A stretch of 13,364 nt of DNA from Patescibacteria group bacterium (GTDB lineage Bacteria; Patescibacteriota; CPR2; UBA1875): contig JBGSRK010000111.1 of NCBI GenBank assembly GCA_041737595.1, positions 1 to 13,364 on the forward strand, read 5' to 3'. The stretch's first letter is position 1; every line of letters begins with the position of its first letter. The notes beneath the pieces were generated by a model, which was given only the letters and a program-made list of their open reading frames with translations, was not told the origin of the DNA and made no database searches. The translations under genes and the position numbers were made by a program. Positions 1-5,658 of the stretch are shown here, one piece after another.

Positions 1-136
1 GGGCAGGCTGAGGGCCGGGGGAAGCGGCCGGGGCCGCTCCGGGGCCTGTCTCCAGCGTAACGCCCCCCCACGGGGTCCTCGAACCCGCGCCCGCTCAGTG
101 CCTATCGAGTACAACGACAAGTATTTCCCCGCACAC

Positions 137-165
137 TTGACTCTGGCACACAACTGTGTCACACT
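137..165 (+). promoter_or_regulatory. Sigma70-type promoter with operator-like palindromes
   Basis: TTGACT (137-142), 17-nt spacer, TG at 157-158, CACACT (160-165). Overlapping inverted repeats ACACA-N2-TGTGT (148-159) and GTGT-C-ACAC (156-164). Predicted +1 near 171-172. Confidence 0.65.
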
Positions 166-170
166 CCCCC

Positions 171-375
171 TGGTGACCCGGGAGCGATGCGTCTGGTACC
201 AGAGCGATCAGAACAGCTCGTATCCGCCGCAAGTCGTCGTAAAAGACCTTGTCAGCGACGAGCCCCGGACATGACTGTGGTTAGCTCAGTCAGGAGAGCC
301 CGCGTTCGTACGCGGAGACGTCGGTGCAAATCCGGCACGCAAGATGTCCCGGGTGCGGAAACGGCAGGGTCACCA
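171..375 (+). ncRNA. Putative structured ncRNA (~205 nt) containing a tRNA-like domain
   Basis: 9-bp terminal helix TGGTGACCC (171-179)/GGGTCACCA (367-375) beginning at the predicted +1. Internal helices: TCTG-gtac-CAGA (192-203), TCGTCG/CGACGA (234-239/256-261), GGACAT/ATGTCC (267-272/344-349). Embedded D-arm and T-arm. Confidence 0.6.
275..343 (+). tRNA. tRNA-like element (pseudo-tRNA or tRNA mimic; probably non-decoding)
   Basis: TA-GCTC-AGTCAGGA-GAGC D-arm (282-299); hairpin CCGCGT-tcgt-ACGCGG (300-315) in the anticodon position but without a 7-nt loop; AGAC variable region; T-arm GTCGG-TGCAAAT-CCGGC (320-336); imperfect acceptor stem and no CCA directly after it. Confidence 0.55.
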
Positions 376-403
376 CATTCAGGAAGGAGGCACGACATGT
401 CGA

Positions 404-457
404 CCCGGAAGGGATCGAGAAGGGCCGATGAGCGGCCTGGTCCCCGGAAGGGATCGA
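404..457 (+). repeat. 15-bp direct repeat CCCGGAAGGGATCGA (two copies), each forming a CCC-GGAA-GGG GNRA hairpin
   Basis: Copies at 404-418 and 443-457, enclosed by the inverted repeat CATGTCGA (396-403)/TCGACATG (454-461). Confidence 0.8.
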
Positions 458-458
458 C

Positions 459-626
459 ATGGCTGGCGACAAGAAGCATCGCCGGGGCGGGAAGACGAAC
501 CGCAAGCACCGCCGCAATGACCGCTGGGGTGGAACGGATCATTCCGTGACGAAGTACCGGATGCGGCACAACATCGACCCCAACAAGAAGCGCCGGAAGG
601 GAACCAGCGAAAAGGACAACGGGTGA
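459..626 (+). CDS. Small Lys/Arg/His-rich protein (55 aa), possibly nucleic-acid binding
   Basis: Not in the ORF track. Translates MAGDKKHRRGGKTNRKHRRNDRWGGTDHSVTKYRMRHNIDPNKKRRKGTSEKDNG; GAAGGGA upstream; GC-rich third positions; stop overlaps the next start (GTGA). Confidence 0.7.
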   Translation: MAGDKKHRRGGKTNRKHRRNDRWGGTDHSVTKYRMRHNIDPNKKRRKGTSEKDNG

Positions 627-853
627 AGATTCTCAGCGTCCGGGCATTCCGGGCTCATATCTCAACCGTTCAGGAGCCCGTCACCGTCATCAGGTATTCC
701 AAGGTCATCGGGGTGTGGACACCGAGCCATGAGGCAGATCGAGCAGATGTGGACGCTCAACGTCCAGGACGGGAAGAACTACTTCCTGATGGAGGAGGAG
801 AACGGGCAGATCCGGACGGGGATCTGCCACGCGAGCGTCACGACCCGGGGTAG
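623..853 (+). CDS. Phd/YefM-like antitoxin-type DNA-binding protein
   Basis: N-terminus MKILSVRAFRAHISTVQEPVTVIRYSKVIGVWTP follows the Phd/YefM pattern (M.TIS.REFR..LS...EPV.ITR.GK.V.V..P); AAGGA RBS; charged tail overlaps the next ORF. Confidence 0.5.
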   Translation: MKILSVRAFRAHISTVQEPVTVIRYSKVIGVWTPSHEADRADVDAQRPGREELLPDGGGERADPDGDLPRERHDPG

Positions 854-953
854 GGCGTTCATCAATGATACCTGCGTCGACTTCTCCATGACGTCGGGGG
901 ACCTGAAGCTCGGGAAGATGGAGCACGTCGTCTACATGGCGGAGATCGACTAG
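729..953 (+). CDS. Hypothetical protein (74 aa)
   Basis: Strong GC3 codon bias; stop directly abuts the next ATG (954). Confidence 0.7.
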   Translation: MRQIEQMWTLNVQDGKNYFLMEEENGQIRTGICHASVTTRGRAFINDTCVDFSMTSGDLKLGKMEHVVYMAEID

Positions 954-1166
954 ATGGCGATGTGGACCATCGTCCCGGTGGGCAAGGGGATCCTCATGCT
1001 CACCGAGGAGACGCCGACCGAGGAGGAGGCCCCCCGGATCAACGAGATGATCAACCGGCTCATCAAGATCACCGGCATCCCCTGGGTCTTCATCGGGAAT
1101 GCCACGCTCGTATCCGAGGAAGCAGTCAAGGAGATCGCCGAGCGCTTCTACGGGATCAAGCGATGA
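954..1166 (+). CDS. Hypothetical protein (70 aa)
   Basis: GGAG upstream, good codon bias, ATGA overlap with the next gene. Confidence 0.75.
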   Translation: MAMWTIVPVGKGILMLTEETPTEEEAPRINEMINRLIKITGIPWVFIGNATLVSEEAVKEIAERFYGIKR

Positions 1167-1468
1167 ACATCATCGTCGGCCTCATCTTCATCGGCGTTGC
1201 CGTCGGCTCCGCCCTCCTGTTCCTGCCGATGTTCGCGGAAGAGGAGGATCGGGCGTTCAAGGCAGGCATGACCCTGCTCATTGCTCCCTGCATCATCGGG
1301 CTCGGGCTCTTCGGTGCCGCGCTCATCTTCTCCCCGGGATCGTTTGACGGTGAGCCTCTCGTCGAGAACGCCTGCTACCGGGCCTACGGCAAGAACACCA
1401 TCGTGCCCGTCGGCAAGGTGTTCGTTCCCATCCACGACGTCGTCCTCGTCGAGATCCGCTGCCCCTAG
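1163..1468 (+). CDS. Hypothetical membrane protein (101 aa, two TM helices)
   Basis: Start reassigned to ATG 1163 (ATGA coupling); hydrophobic segments IIVGLIFIGVAVGSALLFLPMF and MTLLIAPCIIGLGLFGAALIF. Confidence 0.75.
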   Translation: MNIIVGLIFIGVAVGSALLFLPMFAEEEDRAFKAGMTLLIAPCIIGLGLFGAALIFSPGSFDGEPLVENACYRAYGKNTIVPVGKVFVPIHDVVLVEIRCP

Positions 1469-1476
1469 GAGATTCC

Positions 1477-1671
1477 ATGCCCGTTGCTCAGCATGAACAT
1501 CGCATCGAGGACATCTGCTTTCGCGGGCCCTGGTTCATCAGCTGCATCTGCGGATTCCACAGGGAGTGGCTGAGCGAAGAGGTTGCCGCGCTCGAGTTCG
1601 GGGGCATCTACGAGGAGATCGAGGCGACATGGCTGATCCATCGTCGAACCTTCGGCCTGACCAAAAAGTAG
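1477..1671 (+). CDS. Hypothetical protein (64 aa) with His/Cys motif
   Basis: AGGAG RBS; HEH...CICG...H possible metal-binding residues. Confidence 0.65.
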   Translation: MPVAQHEHRIEDICFRGPWFISCICGFHREWLSEEVAALEFGGIYEEIEATWLIHRRTFGLTKK

Positions 1672-1763
1672 CCCTCGCCGCGCTCGCGGTGATCCTGTTC
1701 GTCACCCTCGTCGTGGCAGGAGCGCTGCTTCTCTGGAAGTGGATGTGGGAGTCGGTATCGTGA
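1629..1763 (+). CDS. Small single-pass membrane protein (44 aa)
   Basis: ATG 1629 after GAGG; VALAALAVILFVTLVVAGALLLW TM helix; GTGA coupling to the next ORF. Confidence 0.6.
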   Translation: MADPSSNLRPDQKVALAALAVILFVTLVVAGALLLWKWMWESVS

Positions 1764-1870
1764 TCTGGGAGATGTACGCCGCCCCCTGGTGGGCGATGCC
1801 CCTTTGGGCATTTACGGTGTATGCCGTCAGCAGATTCACCATCAAATACCTGTGGCGGAAACTCCGATGA
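1760..1870 (+). CDS. Small hydrophobic protein (36 aa)
   Basis: Not in the ORF track: MIWEMYAAPWWAMPLWAFTVYAVSRFTIKYLWRKLR; GGAG RBS; coupled at both ends (GTGA, ATGA). Confidence 0.55.
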   Translation: MIWEMYAAPWWAMPLWAFTVYAVSRFTIKYLWRKLR

Positions 1871-2157
1871 CCGAGCCCCGTGACCGCCTCGCGGCGGACC
1901 TCGCCATGATCCGCACCGGAGAAGGGCTGTCTGCGGCGCTGGTGCTGCCGCGTGACGAACACGACGCCGACCGCCTCATCGCCCTCGGCTGGACGCGGCT
2001 GGACAGCGAGTTTAGCCAGAGTTTAGCGGGCGTGCGCGTGCTCGGGCATCCCATCGAGGACGTGATCCGCTATACGGTCAGGACGCCGACTGCCGATGCA
2101 AACATTCCCATTACGACAGCTCAATTGGACTGGATGGATCAGCACGGGAGAAAATAG
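1867..2157 (+). CDS. Hypothetical protein (96 aa)
   Basis: Start reassigned to ATG 1867 (ATGA coupling); MTEPRDRLAADLA...DADRLIALGW is typical of small phage proteins. Confidence 0.65.
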   Translation: MTEPRDRLAADLAMIRTGEGLSAALVLPRDEHDADRLIALGWTRLDSEFSQSLAGVRVLGHPIEDVIRYTVRTPTADANIPITTAQLDWMDQHGRK

Positions 2158-2172
2158 ATGACGGAAAATCCA

Positions 2173-2200
2173 TTGCAGCACGACGGAAATGCGATATTGT
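2173..2200 (+). promoter_or_regulatory. Possible promoter for the queD-parB-terminase operon
   Basis: TTGCAG-16 nt-TATTGT in an AT-richer gap; GACGGAAA direct repeats at 2160-2167 and 2182-2189. Confidence 0.35.
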
Positions 2201-2243
2201 TGCCGCACACCCGTGCGGTGTCCTCGAATGAGCGAGGTTGCTG

Positions 2244-2564
2244 ATGGAGACGTCGTATCTCTACCAGCGGAAGTTCTCGGCAGGACACGCCCTCGAGCGT
2301 TGCAGTAACCGCCCACATGGTCACGATTTCACGGTGACCGTGGCGTTTCGTGCAGAAAGTCTGGCCGGAGAGGCAGCCCTCGACGGCTGTATTGCCGAAA
2401 TTGATCTCCGGAATCTCGCCGAAATGCTTCCGGCTGTTCCGCCCACCTGTGCGGGAATTGCCAATTGGCTGTTCGGGCGGCTGCGTTCGGAGGGCCCCGT
2501 CACCCGGGTCACGGTGTGGCAGTCCATGGAAATCGGAGCGGAGGTTACCGAAACCCCGTTATGA
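2244..2564 (+). CDS. queD: QueD/PTPS-like T-fold protein (divergent 6-carboxytetrahydropterin synthase family)
   Basis: FSAGHAL..C...HGHDFTVTV matches the F.AAH.L..C..HGH.Y.V.V signature; PT...IA and V.VW also present; GAGG RBS before ATG 2244. Confidence 0.8.
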   Translation: METSYLYQRKFSAGHALERCSNRPHGHDFTVTVAFRAESLAGEAALDGCIAEIDLRNLAEMLPAVPPTCAGIANWLFGRLRSEGPVTRVTVWQSMEIGAEVTETPL

Positions 2565-2761
2565 AGGCGTTCACCTGCTCGTGCGGCACCCGAACAACTG
2601 CGCCGTTCCTCGTGAACGGCCAGTGGTTGTGCACGCTGTGCGCAGAAGACGCGTATCCCGGCCTGGTGAGCAGTCGGGCGCGAAAGGACTGGAACGACTT
2701 TGTCTCGGAAAACCCGAAGCACCGGATCAGGAAAGCTACTCTTGGCGACCGCTGGCGATGA
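2561..2761 (+). CDS. Small Zn-finger-like protein (66 aa)
   Basis: CSCG...LCTLC motif; ATGA coupling to queD. Confidence 0.7.
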   Translation: MKAFTCSCGTRTTAPFLVNGQWLCTLCAEDAYPGLVSSRARKDWNDFVSENPKHRIRKATLGDRWR

Positions 2762-3155
2762 CAACAAGGACACGCTGTACCGATTGATTTCAACGTCAAC
2801 GACATCTCCAGTAACCGATTGGGGAACGTTCACTACATCGGGTACGCCGATCAAAATCCACGAATGGTCGAGTTCAACCGCGTGGACGTTCGAGCCGCAC
2901 GAGAACCTTGACGATGCGCAGCTGGAGGCACTGATTGGCACGGTCATCGACAGCATCGTCGTCCGGGCGGTTGGTCCCCGTGGCGGAGATCTGCCCGAAC
3001 CCCTGGAACCCGAATCGCCAGGATTCATTTATCTACGAGAAGGAACTGGCGTCACTCCGACGATTTGGCGTAGTGAGCCCCTTGGTGGTTCGTCGAATAC
3101 CACCACGTACTGGTCGAGCAGCAGCGAAGGGTGCTTCACCTTTACCAACGATTAG
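2742..3155 (+). CDS. Hypothetical Ser/Thr-rich protein overlapping the ParB-like gene
   Basis: Open frame 2700-3155; TTG 2742 after AGGA; fills the 2762-2934 gap; FEPHENLDDAQLEALIGTVIDSIVV looks protein-like with good codon usage. Start uncertain. Confidence 0.4.
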   Translation: MATAGDDNKDTLYRLISTSTTSPVTDWGTFTTSGTPIKIHEWSSSTAWTFEPHENLDDAQLEALIGTVIDSIVVRAVGPRGGDLPEPLEPESPGFIYLREGTGVTPTIWRSEPLGGSSNTTTYWSSSSEGCFTFTND

Positions 3156-3603
3156 CTATGAGCTGATCGACGGCGAACATCGCTGGAAGGCAGCGCAGGA
3201 ACTCGGCATTACGGAAGTGCCCGTCTGGGATCTCGGGGACGTCCCTGACGCTGTCGCCAAGCAGCTGACGATCATTCTCAACGAGACGAAGGGCTCGCCC
3301 GATCCAGGCAAGCTGGGCGAACTCCTCATGGACCTCCTCGAAACCGAGCTTCCGGCAGACCTGCTGGAAGTTCTGCCATTCCCGGAACAGCGTTTCACCG
3401 AGTTGACGAAGCTCGCTGATTTCGACTGGAAGACGCTCGAGGAACCGAAAACGGAAACCGGCTGGGTGGAGCGGACCTACCGGATGCCCAAAGCCGCGGC
3501 GGAGGTCATCGATTCCGCCATCGATAAAGTGCGCGATGACTCGGGCCCCACGAAGGAATGGCACGCTCTCGAGTACATCTGCGCTGATTTTCTGGCGAAG
3601 TAG
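2935..3603 (+). CDS. ParB/Sulfiredoxin N-terminal domain protein
   Basis: PNPWNPN, SLRRFG...PLVVR and YELIDGEHRWKAA motifs; GGAGG RBS before TTG; upstream of terS as is common for phage ParB-like genes. Confidence 0.9.
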   Translation: MARSSTASSSGRLVPVAEICPNPWNPNRQDSFIYEKELASLRRFGVVSPLVVRRIPPRTGRAAAKGASPLPTISYELIDGEHRWKAAQELGITEVPVWDLGDVPDAVAKQLTIILNETKGSPDPGKLGELLMDLLETELPADLLEVLPFPEQRFTELTKLADFDWKTLEEPKTETGWVERTYRMPKAAAEVIDSAIDKVRDDSGPTKEWHALEYICADFLAK

Positions 3604-3609
3604 GGGTGC

Positions 3610-4125
3610 ATGCGGCCGACGAAGATCGACTACGCGACAATTGAAAAAGAGTACGTAACGGGCGAGGAATCCCTTCGGGAACTCGCCCGTCGTCGTGGTG
3701 TGGCCTGGAGTTCACTGGCCAGCAAGTCCCGCCGGGACAACTGGACCGACAAGCGCGATGCATTCCGGGATTCGGTGAATCGTCGCAGCTACGAGCGCGT
3801 GGCCGACCGCTACGCCGCCGAGCAGGGCGAGATCCGGTCGGAATCGGTCATGGTCATGCGGGCGACGCTTCGGCGCTACGCCCAGCAGCTCCAGAAGGGG
3901 GAAATCTCGGTCAACACAAAGGATGCGGTGGCGGCGGTCCAGACCCTGCAGCTGCTCCTCGGCGAACCCACAGCCCGTTCGGAGAACAAGGTCATTGAAT
4001 TCTCAACTGGAGGCGTTGCTCCAGATGACCTCCGACGTCTCGTCGAGCTTGCAAGAACTCGAATTGTCGAAGGAAGTCTGGCAGCAGGTCCTGAACGAAG
4101 CCCAGAGGCTGCTGGCGAGGGATGA
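3610..4125 (+). CDS. terS: Terminase small subunit (HTH)
   Basis: IDYATIEKEYVTGEESLRELARRRGVAWSSL...W HTH typical of TerS; immediately upstream of terL. Confidence 0.8.
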   Translation: MRPTKIDYATIEKEYVTGEESLRELARRRGVAWSSLASKSRRDNWTDKRDAFRDSVNRRSYERVADRYAAEQGEIRSESVMVMRATLRRYAQQLQKGEISVNTKDAVAAVQTLQLLLGEPTARSENKVIEFSTGGVAPDDLRRLVELARTRIVEGSLAAGPERSPEAAGEG

Positions 4126-5449
4126 CGTCTTCGCCTTCGGCGAGTACGTCTTCGGCTACACCGCTGCCCCCCACCATCGCGAGATGGTGCAGTTCATGCT
4201 GGATCGCCTCGAGGACAAGGAAAACGCCGTCATCCTCGAGCCCCGGGGGCACGCCAAGACGACCTGGGGCAACACGATTCTCCTTCCCTGGCTCATTGGC
4301 CGGAACCCGAACCTCCGCATCGGCCTGATCTCCAACACGGCCAAGCAGTCCAACGCCTTCTCCCGGGCCATTCGCTGGACGCTCCAGGCCAACGACCGCT
4401 ATCGCGATGTCTTCGGGGATCTCGTCTCCCCGGCCAAATGGACCGACGTGGAATGGCTGGCCAAGGGCTCGATTCACCACGCCAGCAAGGATGTCACCGT
4501 CTACTCCGCTGGTGCCCTCGGCGCCATCATCTCCAAGCGCTTCGACATCATCCTCTGTGACGACATCCTCGACGAGGAGAACTGCGCCAACCCCGAGCAG
4601 CGGGAAAAGGTCATCACCTGGTTCTGGAAGACGCTCAAGCCCTGCCTGACGCCGGGCGGTGTCATCCTCGTTCTGGGGACACGCTGGGCTGAGGAGGATC
4701 TGTACGAGATCCTCATCGAGCAGAACAAGTGGAGAAGCATCGTCCGGGGTGCGCTCGTCTACGACGAAGCCGAAGACCCTGCCCACAAGCGCCCGACGGC
4801 CCTCTGGCCCGAGGTCTGGCCCGTGTCCTCGCTCATGGCCGAGAAGAACGACATGGGCAGTGCGATGTTCTACTGCTCGTACATGAACGACATCGGCGGG
4901 CTCATGGCTGGCAATGTCTTCCGCCGAGACTGGTTCAAGTACTTTGATTCGCTCGACCCGAGCAAGAAGTACACCATCACGATGGGCGTCGACCTCGCCT
5001 CGTCCGAGCGGGAATCGGCCGACTTTACGGCCCGCGTCGTGATTGCCGAGGACGAAGAGCACAACCACTACGTGTTGTCGGTCTACCGGGATAAACGAGA
5101 AACCGGCCACCGCCAGTTCGTCATCGACGGCTGGCAGGCATACCCCTCGATGAGCCGGATCGTCATCGAGAACAACCAGTTCCAGTCGACGCTCGTCCGG
5201 GATCTCGTCGATACGACAACGCTGCCCGTCGTGGGCAAGAAGGCCGACGTAGACAAGGTAACGCGGGCCAGGGCGGTGGCTGCTCGGTACGAGTCCCACA
5301 AGATGTTCCACCACCGGAGCCTCGCGGGCGGAGCGTTCGAAACGGAACTGCTCCAGTTCCCCAAGGGGCATGACGACATGATCGACGCACTGGGCAACGC
5401 CATGGACCTGGGTCGTGGCGGCCTCGTCTTTGGCAGCTTGCGGAGGTGA
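4025..5449 (+). CDS. terL: Terminase large subunit
   Basis: Walker A EPRGHAKT, Walker B IILCDD, motif III LGTRW, RNase H-fold nuclease MGVDLA...ENN...HDDMIDA. Start uncertain (ATG 4025 after GGAGG, or TTG 3995). Confidence 0.95.
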   Translation: MTSDVSSSLQELELSKEVWQQVLNEAQRLLARDDVFAFGEYVFGYTAAPHHREMVQFMLDRLEDKENAVILEPRGHAKTTWGNTILLPWLIGRNPNLRIGLISNTAKQSNAFSRAIRWTLQANDRYRDVFGDLVSPAKWTDVEWLAKGSIHHASKDVTVYSAGALGAIISKRFDIILCDDILDEENCANPEQREKVITWFWKTLKPCLTPGGVILVLGTRWAEEDLYEILIEQNKWRSIVRGALVYDEAEDPAHKRPTALWPEVWPVSSLMAEKNDMGSAMFYCSYMNDIGGLMAGNVFRRDWFKYFDSLDPSKKYTITMGVDLASSERESADFTARVVIAEDEEHNHYVLSVYRDKRETGHRQFVIDGWQAYPSMSRIVIENNQFQSTLVRDLVDTTTLPVVGKKADVDKVTRARAVAARYESHKMFHHRSLAGGAFETELLQFPKGHDDMIDALGNAMDLGRGGLVFGSLRR

Positions 5450-5658
5450 CGATGAACGGTGGGGTGGAAATGGAGTTTCGGGACGGCCTTCGAGTTGTTC
5501 CCGACCATGTTGCCGACTACCTGACAGGCATCGATACGCTTCGCCTCACCTTCCTCGAGGCCATGGAAATGGCGAACAAGGCGAGGGTCTCCGAACACCT
5601 CAATCGCATGCAGCAAAAGGTGATCACGGAGCATTTCAAGGAATTGAAGGTCTTCTAG
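5446..5658 (+). CDS. Hypothetical protein between terL and portal
   Basis: GTGA coupling to terL and stop abutting the portal ATG; helical composition; start could be 5452 or 5470. Confidence 0.7.
   Translation: MTMNGGVEMEFRDGLRVVPDHVADYLTGIDTLRLTFLEAMEMANKARVSEHLNRMQQKVITEHFKELKVF

Noticed and set aside
1-130. G/C runs and a minus-strand GGGTTCGAG as a possible genome terminus or tRNA fragment
   Set aside because: No cloverleaf; a terminus or pac site cannot be supported without read data.
320-352. Cobalamin riboswitch-like GGTGCAAATCCGGC
   Set aside because: No upstream GGGAA or B12 box; the adjacent D-arm explains it better as a tRNA T-arm.
425-450. Hammerhead-like CCGATGAG...GAAG
   Set aside because: Core deviates from CUGANGA and GAAA, and stem II lacks its closing pair.
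404-457. Direct repeats as a mini CRISPR array
   Set aside because: Only two 15-bp copies with a 24-nt gap, and no cas genes.
187-549. 120-aa ORF from ATG 187
   Set aside because: Runs through the structured tRNA-like region, has no convincing RBS and a shadow-like Arg/Ser composition; only 397-549 is plausible, as a uORF.
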